Below, one piece after another: positions 36,661 to 49,875 of a stretch of DNA of 64,000 nucleotides. The DNA comes from Gracilinanus agilis (Eukaryota), in contig NC_058133.1 in the NCBI RefSeq assembly GCF_016433145.1, positions 478,672,689 to 478,736,688 of the forward strand. Direction: 5' to 3'. The notes beneath the pieces were generated by a model. That model did no database searches and was not told where the DNA came from. It was given only the letters and a program-made list of their open reading frames with translations. The translations under genes were made by a program, and so were the position numbers. Positions within the stretch are counted from its first letter, which is position 1, and every line of letters starts with the position of its first letter.

Positions 36661-38427
36661 ATGGAGCTTCTCGTGGTATATGGTGTGAGACACTGGTCTA
36701 AGCTTGATTTTTGTCTGACTACTGCTTTCCAATTTCCAATTCCAAAACAGAATGCTGACCCAGGTGGGGGATTTTTTTGAGGTTTGCCTAACACCCTGCT
36801 GTTATGCTGACATGCTTCCATTCCAGAATAAAGTCAATAGAACCGAGAAAAAAAAACTGATGCGATGAGAAAAATATTGTAGATGGGAACAATTTTGAAT
36901 GACTTGAGAATGCTGATTACTGCAGTGATAAATCATTCTCTCAGAAACCTGAAGACTAAGAATAAGAATGAGCATAAGCATAAGAAAGATTAAGCACAGG
37001 AGACCTTTAGACTAACCTCTTTGGGCACAAATGTGATAGACTACAGGTACCAAATGAGGTAAACATTTTCAGCTAGGGTCATTTTTTCTTCATTGTACAC
37101 AATTTCTTTGGGAAAACCTGTAGAAATTGGTGAGTAGTGATAGGAATTACAAAAAGAAAAAGAAAGAGCATTAATGAAAAAGACAGGGAAAAAGAACACA
37201 AAAGAGCAGAAGGAATTTCAGAAGGGAACACAAACAAGCAAAGGATTACTTACTATTTTGACAAATAATATATACCTTAAAAAATCTATATTCAGTAGAA
37301 ATTCACAAGTTCACATAACCTCCTCTTTTCTGTTCTTTGCATATTGAAACATGTGTGTTTACATTTTTAATTTAATAACAAAATTAAATAATAAATAATT
37401 TTTATTATAATAAAACATATAATAAAAAAGGAAAAAATTATAATATATGAAGGTCCTGGCAATGTTTTTGTACAAAAGAAATTGAGAGATGCTATGGCAT
37501 AGATTTAGAAATCACTCTTTTACAGCCAGTGGTTGAGTTTGCAGAATGCAGCCTGGTCTTAATATTGTTGGCTTGATTGTGTCTCTTCTCTGTGGCTAGG
37601 GCTTCCTCTCTTTCCCTGTGCTCAGAACCTTATGTCACTATTCTTCACTCATATTCAATGCCTCTATGCCTTAATTAAGACACACAGGGCATGGAGATAG
37701 AAGGGATTAAGGGGAATCATTATAGACAGAATCCACAGAGAGAACACCCTCAAAGGCACAGAAAATTAAAGGTTCAATGCTACAGTAAGCTCATGGAAAC
37801 ATCTTAGTCAGACATCCGCTGGAAGGAACTATGGTGTTGTCTGAATCCTGGGAGAAGAACAGAAAAGACAAGGAGAGGAAGTCTTATTATATTCTCTTGA
37901 CCTGAGAAGGAAGAGGGAGGAGGAAATCAAAGTGGAGTCTAGTATTCTCCCTCAGTAATAGGAAGCAAAAGAGAACTTCTTTCTCTATTGAGTTCCAGTC
38001 AGAAATGAGGATCCCACTCACATGATGTCAGGCCAGATTTTGCAGAGTTCTTGATCTTCTCCACTTCTTTTTTTTTCCTCCAACAGAGGTAGTATGGTGC
38101 AGTGGATATAGAGCACTAAACTTAAGAGTTAGGGAGGCTAAGGTTCAAATTCTGCATCTGATATCTGACTAGCAACCAGGGTATATCTAGACAAAGCAAA
38201 CAACATCCTCACCCTTCAAATGCTTTCACTTTCCTTCCCAAATCCCTTGTTTCCTTATATCCTTCCTTAGCCCCACTTCCACATCACCAGATAGTTTGTG
38301 AATCTCTTCACATTGAGGTCCAGTTAACAGTGGAACCCAACATACTCCAAGCAAAGCTCATTTTCTTCCCCTTAAACCCATCTTCTTTTTCAATTCCCTC
38401 TTTCCTTTAGAATTCCATCATTCTACT

Positions 38428-38697
38428 ACAGAGGAAGAACTGTGGGAGCAGAAACACAGAAGAAAAACAACTACTCAAACACATGCGTGGGTAGGGATAT
38501 GATTGGGGATGTAGACTCTAAGCAATCACCCTAGTGCAAATATCAATAATATGGAAATAGGTCTTGATCAATGATACATGTAAAACCCAGTGGAATTGTG
38601 TATTGGTTACAGCAGGGAGGTGGGAAAGAACATGAATCATGCAACCATGGAAAAATATTCTAAATTAAGTAAATAAAATTTTTCAATAAAATAAAAG
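38428..38697 (+). mobile_element. L1 (L1_Mdo-like) 3' end
   Basis: Opossum-type L1 3'UTR (gaaataggtcttgatcaatgatacatgtaaaacccagtgg) with A-rich tail. Confidence 0.8.
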
Positions 38698-39214
38698 CAT
38701 CCCATCAATCTTTTGGATTCATAAGTTTGAAACTTCAGAGTCATCCTCAACTCTTCATTCACTTATATCCAGTCAATTGCTAAGTTTGGAGGTGGATTTT
38801 TTTGCTTCTTTTCACATCTCCTACACTGTCCCCTTTTCTCCTCTTAAATGACAATCAACCTGGACAAGGTTTTCATCATCTCTCACCTCAGCTCTTGTGA
38901 TAGCTTTCTGGGTGGTCCCCTTGTCACTCCAGTCTCTCCTCTATCCAATCCATTCTCCAAAGAGCTGTGAAATTGATATGTCTCAAGCATATGTCTGATC
39001 ACATCACTCATCTCTTCAAGAAGCTCCAGTGTTTCTCATACCATTCCATATTTTTATTTTGGATCTTTGAAAAGGCATCCCTTATGAAAGGATCCCTTTT
39101 TTTCCCTCCACCTCTTTCAATTCCCACTCCCTTCAGAGCTCTGTTCAAACACCATCTCCTACAAGAAATTATTCCTGATTCCCCCAAGAGTTAGTGTTAC
39201 TCTCTACTCCCATA

Positions 39215-39420
39215 TTTTTTAACCCTTACCTTCTATTTTAGAATCAATACTAAGTATCAATTCTGAGTCAGAAAAGTGATAAGTGCTAGGAAATCGGGGT
39301 TAAATGACTTTCCCAGGGTTGCACACAACAGTTAGGAAGTATCTCTGAGGTCAGACCTAAAGCCAGTATCTCCCATCTCTAGCTTGCCTCTCAATCCACT
39401 GAGCCACCTTGATGCTCCTC
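39215..39420 (-). mobile_element. SINE1_Mdo-like SINE
   Basis: Characteristic body. Confidence 0.7.
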
Positions 39421-41452
39421 ACCCCCTATAATTATTGTGAATTGATTTTGTAAATAGATTTTTAAATTTACTTCTCTAGATCCATGTTGTTTCTTTCCAT
39501 TGGACTATATTCCATTGGGCTACAAAGTCTTTCAGGGTAAGAATTGTTTCATTTTTTCTTTGGGCCCTTCTGACCCATGTCAGCACAGAGCTTAGCAGGT
39601 AGTCATCACTTAATAAAATGTTATTCCTAAAAACAGCCACTTGAAAGACTTAATATGTAAACTATATATTAAAACATATACGTGTGTGCGTATGTGAGTG
39701 TGTATGTATAACATATTCCAGTAAATTCATGAAATAAAAGAACCTGTGCTTTGGGGGAAAAAAAACTTATTCAATTCCAGTGAATGTTGTAGAGGGGATG
39801 TTGTCCTGGGTGGAAGATTGAACTTCAATGTTTCCTGCCAGCCCTGCATTTCTCTAATTCTACACTTGCTCAAGAAACTATATATACCCAATGATAGTAA
39901 CAAACCTTGGCCCCATAGAAGAGCTGAGAAAATGCACCGACACTCTTCAGTTGCAGAGATGGGGACTTGGAAGTATGGAACACTGTAGAAACTGTCAGAC
40001 ATAATTAATGTATTGGCGAATTTTGCTGAACTGTTTCCCCTTTTGTTTTAATATATTTGTTGCAAGAGATAAGAACCCTTCTGCCCCTTTCAAATATTCC
40101 CTGAGATTTTCCCTCCCCAGCAACCTGGTACAGAAGGCAGTGTGGGAAGAATGATAGCAGAGCCAACAAACACCACTAATTAAGGGGGAGGAAAATCAAC
40201 AACAAAATATAATAAAGAACCATTACCTCAATAAAGCTCTTTAAAGTTTTAGAAGTATGTTCGTCTGTCCCTATCATCTCATATAAGACTCAAGGCGGCC
40301 TTAAGAGACAGCCAGGATAGAAAGGTTGAATGAATTGCCCAAGAACCCACAGTTAACGCATGTCAGAGCCCAAGTGGGAATGCCAAGGCAGATTGAAAGC
40401 ACTTCAGGAAATTATACATAGAGTAGTACTTCATGGTCCTTACCACAGCCCAGTGAGATGGCAGGTTAGCAGATGCTGTCATGCCTAGATGACAAATTAG
40501 GAACTTGAGACAAAAAGAGGTGACCGGACTTTGTTCAAGGCTTTTGCATTAACTCACTATTCTGTCTTCTAGGCTAAAAAGTGCTTTCTCCATGTCAGAG
40601 TTGGGAAAAACTAAAGTACAGTTATAATTGACTTGTCTAAGGACATTCAACTAGAGCTTCTGATGTCTCAGAGGGAACCAAAGGGACAGCGGGGAAGAGC
40701 AGGGGCCGGAGATGTGAAAGGATTCAGTTGGGAAAAATTGGGTCTCTGAGTTGAAAATGCTGCAGGGCAGAGGACCAAGAGGTAGAAATCATCCCACTAT
40801 TTTGTGGGAAGAACAGCGCTGGATGGAAAAAGTGTAGAAACAGCCAAGTGTTCAAAAACTGGGAATATAAGAAGGTGAAAGGGTGTAAAGGGCTTGAAAA
40901 GTCAAAAAGAGAATTTTACATTGGATCCTGGAGGGGATAGGGAGTTTATGGAACAGGGCGCTGATAGGATCCAACTGGTTTTTTAGAAAGATCATTTTGA
41001 CAACTCAGTGGAGGAGAGAGTAAAATGGGGAGAAATGTGAGGGAAGGAGATCAGCCAACACGGGACCATTTACTTTAATTGCAATATGGTTTAATTGGAT
41101 TTTCTTAGTCTATAATTGAATCTCCCAAAAATGGAGGCACAATGAAATTAATTATTAATTACTATTATTTTTGAAGCTAGGAAGAATCTGAGCCAGGACA
41201 AGAATTCAAGACTTGTTGTTTGACATTCAAATTAGCCAGTTTAGTATAGGTATCACCATCAAAAAAGCATGATTTTTTAGATGATTAAATACCCTACATT
41301 TTTCTAAAGGTTCAGAGTAGGTATATGACTTGCCCACAATCATTGCAGGTAGAGAAGCCAGGATTTTAACTCAGGCACTCTGACTCCAAATTAAACATTT
41401 TCTTTGTTGTGATACCTTTTGAAATAATCCCCTTTTTAAAATCAACTTTTTT

Positions 41453-41639
41453 GGGGGCAGCTGGGTAGCTCAGTGGATTGAAAGTCAGGCCCAGAGACAG
41501 CAAGTCCTGGGTTAAAAAAAAAAAAAAAGTCCTGGCCTCAGACACTTCCCAGCTGTGTGACCCTGGACAAGTCACTTGACCCCCATTGCCTACTCTTACC
41601 ACTCTTCTGCCTTAGAACCAATACTCAGTATTGACTCCA
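41453..41639 (+). mobile_element. SINE1_Mdo-like SINE cut by a gap
   Basis: gggggcagctgggtagctcagtggattgaaag head. Confidence 0.8.
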
Positions 41640-41828
41640 NNNNNNNNNNNNNNNNNNNNNNNNNNNNNNNNNNNNNNNNNNNNNNNNNNNNNNNNNNNNN
41701 NNNNNNNNNNNNNNNNNNNNNNNNNNNNNNNNNNNNNNNNNNNNNNNNNNNNNNNNNNNNNNNNNNNNNNNNNNNNNNNNNNNNNNNNNNNNNNNNNNNN
41801 NNNNNNNNNNNNNNNNNNNNNNNNNNNN
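41640..41828. other. Assembly gap (189 N)
   Basis: N run. Confidence 1.
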
Positions 41829-43153
41829 CTAATGATTCTTGGTACAATTCATATGAAGTATCTATTTGTGTCCCATACTCTGACAATATCCCAGAATCAA
41901 AGAATTTGAGTTTTCAAAGGAACCATAGTCATTTACTCCAAAAAGTGAATGAAAGGAGCAGCTAGGTAGCACAATGGATAGAGCATTAGGTTTGGAGTTG
42001 GAAGGATCTGCATTCAAATTTAGTCTCAGATACTTTTTGTCTGTGTGTGACCCTGGGCAAGTCATTTAACCCTGATTGCTTAGCCCTTACCACTCGTCTA
42101 TCTTACAATTGATACTAAAATAAAAGGTAAGGGTTAAAAACTGACTAAAAGAAATCCCCACTATTACATGTTTTGTAGGTGACACCCAGCCTCTGTTTAA
42201 ACACCTCCAAGAAAGGAGAAATCATTCAGAGCTGGAAGCAGTTCATTCCAGTTTGGAGATCTATAATCAGTTTTTCCTGGTGTCAAGTCTAAATTTATCT
42301 CCTCGCAATGCCATCCATTACTCCTGATTCTGTCCTTGGGGTCCCAAAAGAACAAATCTACCCTCTTCCAAAGGACAGACCTTCTGATACTTAAAGACAG
42401 AAATCATGTCTGACCTGAGTCTTCTCTTCTCTCCATTAAACATCTCAAGGTCCTTCAACTCATCCTCTTGTGACAAGGCATTTTAAGTCTTTAGTTGCCT
42501 CCTCTTCCCATTTTCCAGCTTCCCAAAGGTCTTCATTAATTGTAGTTCCCAAAACTGACCAAAATATTCTGCATATTGCCTGACCAGATCCTACAACAGT
42601 AGCACTATTGCCTCTCTATTCCTGGAAGCTTGCTTTTCAACACAATTTTTTTTTCCGGCTTCCCCATCACCCTGCTGACTCAAAGTGAAATGACCATCCA
42701 CTGAACCCCCAGAGCTCTTACAGAAACATTGTCTACTGAGGTCACACCCTTCTCACATGAAAATGTAGAACCCTTCTCCCCAATCTCTTTTCCCTTGAGA
42801 AAACAGAAACCATGATGAAAAGATACGGCTTTAAAATGTTTTATTCTGAAGTCTTTTTCCAAAAGATGTTCATCAAATTCAGCAGGTAGCCCTAGCACTC
42901 AAAAGAATGTACGCTTGGTTACTACTAGGAGTCCCCATGGGGGACAGATATCCTCTAGAAGTGCAAATTGTGCCAATAAATATCCAAAACTGCCACCAAT
43001 AACTTAAATAAATTAGATCTCACTGGCAAAGTGAATTATTATGTGAATTATGATTAGTAAATCTTCAGTCCTGGGAGATTTCATCCAAGAGCAGAGTTTT
43101 TTTGGTTTGGATCCTTTTTCTTTAGGATTCATTGATCAGGGCCCCTGAGCTCC

Positions 43154-44465
43154 TCAGTTCAGCTCCAAGTCCTCCACGTAAGTCTGAACCCAGGCATCAC
43201 TGGGGTTGGCACACACTTGTCGGCCCTTTTTGGTCTGGAACCTGTAGATTGAGAGATGGAGAGATGAGGCCAAGGAATTTTACACCTGGAGATGAAGGAT
43301 GGTTCTCTATGTTCCCCCCACTCACTTGACTGACAACTTCCTGCGGATTTCTGGAAGGGCTTAAGGGACAATTTGCACCTTTTGAATCAATCATTCCCCT
43401 TTCTAGTGATCTCTCCAATAAGAAGTCCTTTCTGAAGCCTCATTCCTAGCCTCAAGCTCTTCTTCCCTCAAATTAACACTAACCCTCAGGGGAGAATAAT
43501 TTTCATTTTACTCCTTGGAGACCAAACCTTGGTCTGGGGCTCCATGGACTTTCTCTTCCCTTGTAGCCAGGTTTCATCTCTGTCTGGTGCCTGATCTACT
43601 CATTTGTCCAAGTTGCCAAATGACTCTATTTCCTCTTTCCATCATTTCTCTCTATATTTTCTAGAAACAGTGACTAGGTAGATACTCACACCACTGCTGG
43701 TTGAGAGCACAGGCTGCTGGTCTCATAATAGTCTGTCACAAATCTTCTGGGGATCTGCTGGCTGACATAGGAGAAGCAGCAGGAGGTGGGAGGGTCAGAG
43801 CCCACTGTAGAGAAAAGGGAAGAGTCATTATTAGAGTTGTATGTTCATACTATATATTCCTCAGGTGCTAACTGTATCCTGAGGAAATGTTTCCTATTAG
43901 GCATAATGTGGAGTTTTCCTTCATATTTCCCTTCCCCTGGTTTGTTCTATGCCATTCTCACTATGTATGGAGGAGCATAAGATGTTCCCATTCCATAGAG
44001 GATCCATGGAGAAAATAATAAACATCAGAGCTGCATGGGATGTCAGAGATCAGCCCATCCAACTTCTGCCTTTTGTTGAGAAAAGCACTTTCCACAAGGG
44101 TATTTAGTGGTAGAAGAGAATTAGGACCTGATTGGATTAGAACCTAGTCTAGTCCCCTTTCTGCTCTCTTTTCCTATCTTGAACTTTGAAGTTAAACAGC
44201 ATAAACTGTCCAGAACATGTTCATGCTTTCAAATCCAATCTACCTTCCACCTGCTCTTCCCTTCCAGTCCTCCCTCTCCCGACCCTCACCAGATCCTCAT
44301 GATCTAACTAGCCTTACTCCCTGTCAGGATTCTGTCTCACCAATGACCAGAGCCTGGGGACGGACACAGAGGGAAGGAGAAGGCTCACTTACTTGGTGCA
44401 GAAGATGCCAGAGAACTAAAGACCATGACCACGAGGATGGAGAGGGCAGCCACAGAGACCTTCAT
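43154..44465 (-). CDS. CCL4: CCL4-like CC chemokine, copy 5, 91 aa
   Basis: Exons 44393-44465, 43690-43804, 43154-43241. [95 protein letters not shown] 44554-44559, AATAAA 42840-42845. Confidence 0.95.
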
Positions 44466-44539
44466 GATCCTGAGAAGAAAGAGGTGTTGAAGGAGCAGAG
44501 CACAAGCAGAGGCTTCAGAAGTCTGTGTCTCTGTCTCAT

Positions 44540-44810
44540 GCTTGGACCCTCTCTTTATATGGGCTTCAGAAAGCAACTGGAGGAACAGAAACGGAATGGA
44601 AATTTTGGGGTGAATTTGATGTCATGGTGAGAGTTGGAAACTGAAAGATGAGTTTAGGAAATACAAAGCCAGTGCAGAGGGCTGAGATTCTCTTCCCCGG
44701 CGTGGTGTAGTTTCATCATGGGAGAAAATGGAAGGTGGGTGGAGAAAGGTGAAATGTGTATGTGGCAGGGTGACGGGGTGCTGAGGGGGGAAGTGGTGAA
44801 TTTGACATAG
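44540..44810 (-). promoter_or_regulatory. Copy 5 proximal promoter
   Basis: TATA 44554-44559; kB altered to GGAAATTTT 44598-44606; TGATGTCA 44617-44624; ISRE 44637-44646. Confidence 0.72.
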
Positions 44811-45224
44811 CAACAGAGACTAACAAAAAATACGCAAAACTAATAGGAAGGAGAGTTAGTTGGTGACTGACTTAAAAGAGTGTTCAGTGTAACATTCATA
44901 ATACTTTGATATAACTTCCTATATCTTAGGACTGTAGATTTAGAGATAGAAGAACCATTAAAGATCCTTTAATCCAACTTCCTCCCATTACACGTAAGGA
45001 AACTGATGACTCTTTCAGGTCTCACAGGTAACGAGAAGCAGATCCTGGATCTACTGACTCTACATCTTTCCACTTGCATCTCAAGGAGACTAGTCTATTC
45101 AGAGGAACAATGTTTAGTCTTTTCATGACTCCTCTGGAAGTGGTTGGTGCAAATGATAGCAATAAGAAGGATTGCAAAGAGAATGATGATTGCTCTACTT
45201 GATCCCATTTCTGTGTCTGCCTTC

Positions 45225-45775
45225 TTTTTTTTTTAACCCTTTACTTCCTGTTTTAGAATTGATACTACGTATTGGTCCCAAGGCAAAACACAAGTAAGGG
45301 CTAGACAATAGGAGTTAAGTGACTTGCCCAGGGTCACACAGTTAGAACATATTTGAGGACAGATTGGTACTCAGTACCTCCTAAATTCAGTCCTGTCTCT
45401 CTACCTGCTGAGCTACCCTTGTGTCTGCCTTCTTATCTAATGATATGAACATTATTCCATGCTCTAAATTTCCAAAGGACCTTCACATCTATCATGTCAT
45501 TTAATCTTTGTCATATCTTTAAAGTAGTTGGGATTGGCATTATTATCTCCATTTCATTCATTAAAAAACAGACTTGGGGAAACTAAGGTGGCTCAGGGGA
45601 TAGAGAACCAGACCAGGAGATGGGAAATTCTAGGTTCAAATCTGCCCTCAGACACTTCCTAGCTATTTAACTCAAGGCAAAGTGCTTAATCCCAACTGTC
45701 TAGCCTTTACCACTCTTCTGCTTTGGTACCTATACTTGTACTGATTCTAAGACAGAGAGTAAGGGTTTAAAAAAA
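45225..45775. mobile_element. Two SINE1_Mdo-like SINEs (45225-45425 minus, 45567-45775 plus)
   Basis: Characteristic bodies in opposite orientations. Confidence 0.7.
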
Positions 45776-46329
45776 TGAGATGTCATGGGAAAACTTGGGT
45801 TCTGGCCCCATCTCTGAAAATTAATTTATATGTGACTTTAAGCCTCACATGATTCTCAGGCCAAACTCTTGAAGATTTCAACCAGTTGCTAATATGATTT
45901 GGCAGTAGTTTCCTTATTAATGAAATGACAGACTAGAACCAGAATCCGAAAATCATAACATGGTGATAAGGGGAAAAAACACCTAAACAGACTCTGTCCT
46001 CAATGGGTTTGCTTTTTAATGGGTATACATCTGTATTATATCCTTTACAGGATGGTTGTAAGGCTCAACTACAACAATATTTAAGAGTTTTGAAAACTTT
46101 AAAACATAAATGCCATCTATTATTATAAATAAATATCATTTATTATTAGAAGTGCCAAATTTGTTATTAATGTCATTAATAATGCCATCAATTGCTTAGA
46201 AATATTATATATTATTAAATGATTTGTCCATATTTAAACATATTAAGTGGCAAAAGCAAGATTAACTTAAGGTCTTCTGATCTTAAGTCTGAGTTTCCCA
46301 GTTATGGGTAACCTCCCCTCACCTAATTA

Positions 46330-47110
46330 TGAGGGCATGAGATCCTTCAGGGGAGAAATTTTAGATGCAAAACAGTGACCAGAATGATTGGATATGGGAT
46401 ATTCTCAAGTACAGCTTTTTCCTCTATTGATAAAAGAAAGTTCATATTAGCCAACAAAGCAAGATGTAAAGAAGATAGATGCTGATTTAACCAAAGTGTT
46501 AATGGAGAGATTCAGAACTAGTTGGATGGCTTAACTCAAAGAGTATTCCTTAATGGTCCAAAATGAACATATCAGGAAGTCTATAGGATAGTACCTTAGG
46601 AATATATGCTTGGCTTTGTACTATTTAATGCTGTTATCATTAGCTTGGATAAATGCATAGAGAGCATGCTCTTTAAATTTGCAAATAACAGCAAGCTAAG
46701 AAGGATAGCTAAATATTCAGTGTCAGAGTCAGGATTTGGTCAGAGTCTAAGAATGTGAAATTCAAAAAGGATAATTAAAGTCATGCACTTTAAACAATTT
46801 CACATGTACAGGAGAGATTAGACAAAAGTTCTGAAAAGATGAATGTTTTAGTACCAGTTCAATGCAAGCCTGCTGTGAGATATGGCAACCAAAAAAAACT
46901 AAGATAATTTTGTGCTGAATTAAGAAGGGGATGGCTTCCAAAATTAAGGATGTTATAGTTTCTCTGTACTCTATCCTCATCAGATCTCGCCTGGCAAATT
47001 CTGTTCAGATCTGGGTGCCTCATTTATTGTCACTGATAAACTTACAAATGTTCAGTAGAGGTCAACCAGGATGGTGAAGGGTAGTCTTGAATCCATGTCA
47101 TGAGGATAGG
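46330..47110 (+). mobile_element. L3/CR1 LINE fragment
   Basis: Degenerate match to the CR1 RT region (aaatttgcaaataacagcaagctaagaagg ~ KFADDTKLG) and to the downstream ctctgtactctatcctcatcagatctcgcctgg...ttcagatctgggtgcctca segment. Confidence 0.75.
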
Positions 47111-48170
47111 TTTCCTCTAACCAAACCAACACTTTTGTCCTTCATTCTTCATCATTCTATTCTATTTTTCAAGGATCTTCCCAAAAACAATGAGATCATC
47201 AAGATACACCAATACTTCTAAGTAGTTCATAACTCCAGCTACTTTCTCCATTAGTCTTTGGGAAAAAGCAAATGCCCACCAGATACCTTAGAGAATAAGT
47301 TCAACATGGAAAAAAAATCCAACTGGAGAGGTAAAAGCGGTCTTCTTGTCTTCTTCCACCATAGAAACCTGCTAGCAGTCACTGCATAAGCAACATTAAG
47401 AACTACTGGATGCCTAACAGAACCCAGGGCATAGTGTACTGATCCACTTTGGAAGTTTTGCAATGCAAATAGTCTCTAAGGCTCTCTGATGATGCTATCA
47501 GTAAAAAAGTCTTTGAGATGGTCTCTGAGTTCACCCATCAGTGATAAAGGGATATTCCTCGATCACTCCTGGATTCAGTGAGTTGAATCCTATAAGTTGC
47601 TTCTAAGTCCCGTCTCGTATCCCATTCATGTTTTGATAGTACACTTGCTCTTTTATTCAATTTCTGTCTCAACCAATTCTTCCATTATTCTGATGTTGTC
47701 TTCAACAAGTAGATATCTCATGATGTTCACTATCACCACTTGCCTCTGTTTTCCCATAGATTTCTGCATAGACTGCATGGATGGTCAAAGTGGGTCAATC
47801 TTGGATCCCTATTTGTTGTGGTTCCTGATAGCATCTTAACTGAAATGGGATTGATGGTGATCAGTGCTTGACACTCCAGTAATCTGGACATCTGAAAGCC
47901 ACCAACCTTTATCCTATTGCCATCCATTTCCTTGGGAAATTTCAAGCTTACTTTGATATATCTCAGATATAGATAGTTTTTGCTACTCAGTCTTCCAAGT
48001 CCAAGCCCTTTCAAAGACTCTGAAGACATTTTTCTTAAATGTCTTTTCTTGAATGTCAATTCAAGAAAATAATCCCTTGTACACCAATTTGGATCATCAT
48101 CAGTACCTTCTACACCCTCAGTCTTCACTAAAACCTCCATGTGGACTTCCATAAGTAAAGGTCTAATGGG
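47110..48170 (-). mobile_element. Ty3/Gypsy LTR-retrotransposon pol fossil (protease to RT)
   Basis: Minus-strand translation across frameshifts gives YLYLRYIKVSLKFPKE (protease region), SKHEWD, ELRDHLKD, DQYTMP, EEDKKTAFTSPVGF and QRLMEKVAGVMNYLEVLVYLDDLIVFGK. YLDD is at 47195-47206. Confidence 0.85.
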
Positions 48171-48489
48171 CCCATCAGAAGAAATGAAAACTAAGAAGCT
48201 ATTTATCAATTGGAGAATGGCTGATTATAATGGAATATTAATGTGCCATAAGAAAAGACAAAAGAAGTAGTTTCAAATAAACCTGGGAAAAGATATATAA
48301 ACTGATTATGAATGAAGTAAACTGAACAAAGAGAATAATTTATTCAATAATAATCATACTGGAAAGACTTAAGGAATCTGATCAAAATACAGATTAATCA
48401 TAATTCCAGAAGACTGATGAAGAAGCATGTTACCTTCATAATGGAGAGATGATGAACTCAATTTGCAGGATATGGTATATCTATATTTT

Positions 48490-48688
48490 TTCTTAAACCC
48501 TTACCTTCTGTTTTGGAGTCAATACTGTGAATCGGCTCCAAGGCAGAAGAGAGGTAAGAGCTAGGCCATGGGGATTAAGTGACTTGCCCAGGGTCACACA
48601 GCTGGGAAGTGTCTGAGGTTAGATTTGAACCCAGGACCTCCTGTTTCTAGCCCTGACTCTCAGTCCACTGAACCACCCAGCTGCCCCC
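48490..48688 (-). mobile_element. SINE1_Mdo-like SINE
   Basis: Ends gaaccacccagctgcccc. Confidence 0.8.
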
Positions 48689-49319
48689 TATATCTACATT
48701 TTTTAATGTGGCCAGTATGAGAATTTGTTTCCCTAGACCATCCTTATTTGTTATAAGGGGATTGTTTTTTTTTATTTTTCAATAGAAAGAGGAGATAGGG
48801 AAGGTTTAGAAAATAAGTATTTATCTTTCAAAAAAATAAATAAGAAGGAAATAAACCCATAAGAATCAGCACTGAAATCACACATTCTATTTTTAAGAGG
48901 TGAAGAGAGCCCCTTCCTTGGCCTCATTTCCTTTTCCTGATACTAGTCCTGTAGATTTCAGTTTCTGCATGGGGGCTGCACTCTCCTTTATTAATATATC
49001 TGAATTATATTTGAATATCTTTGTGATTAGTTCCGCCTTTCCAGCGGTTGCCTATTAGTGCTGTTTGTATATCAGGACAGTGAAGTCTCCATCTCCTTGT
49101 TTCCATTCCTTTTCCACTTCAAATAGTTTATGTTTCTCTATCCTGTCCTCAGTTACACCATCACAAGGTTGCCTCAAGACTCCTATTTTGATCTCTGGAT
49201 TCCTATTATGGTGGCCTTGCCTAGGTAGCCCATGCATCTGAAGATGCTTTGATCTAGTTGTGGATGGAGCTTCCCAATAGGAATCCTTCCTAATCACTGT
49301 GTAACTTCACACACACACA

Positions 49320-49875
49320 CACGCTCCTAACATGCCACCCTGGTGCTTTCCTGGTATTTTAGGTCTCTTTCAAATCTAGGCCATTTTCTACTCATCTGCC
49401 AACGTGATTTTCCTATGTGACTCACTACCCAAATCAATAAACTACCATGGCTCCCTATTACCTCCAAAATCAAATATAAAATCTTAAACCCTTCACAATC
49501 TTCCTACACTGATGGTCTCACACTTAACTCTTCATGTATTCTACTATCCTTCTTCCTGATTCCTCACAGATGCTACATTTTCCAGCTCAATTCCTTTTCA
49601 TTAGCTATCTTCCATGCCTGGAATGCTGTCCCTCCTGGGCTCTGCCTCCTGGCTTCTCTGTCTTCCTTCAAGACTCAGCACAAATTCCATCTTATGCAAG
49701 AAGCCTTTCCTACTCAACTTTATATAGTCTATTTGTACATAGCTGTTTGCATATTATCTCCTCCATTGGATTATCAGTTCCATGACAGCAAGAAGTATTT
49801 TTGCTTTTCTTTGGACCTCCAGGTCTTGTCACTGTGCCTAGCACATAGTAGGTGCTTAAATAAATGCTTGATGAC
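49320..49875 (+). mobile_element. L2 LINE 3' end
   Basis: Terminal tgcctagcacatagtaggtgcttaaataaatgcttg. Confidence 0.7.

Noticed and set aside
41500-41540. Poly(A) run inside a SINE flanked by aagtcctgg repeats, as a possible nested insertion
   Set aside because: More simply an A-tract expansion of the SINE's own caaat segment.
47733-48209. 158-aa ORF as a domesticated Gypsy protease gene
   Set aside because: The catalytic D-T/S-G motif is not intact, the N-terminus runs into unrelated repeat sequence, and the adjacent RT is full of stops.
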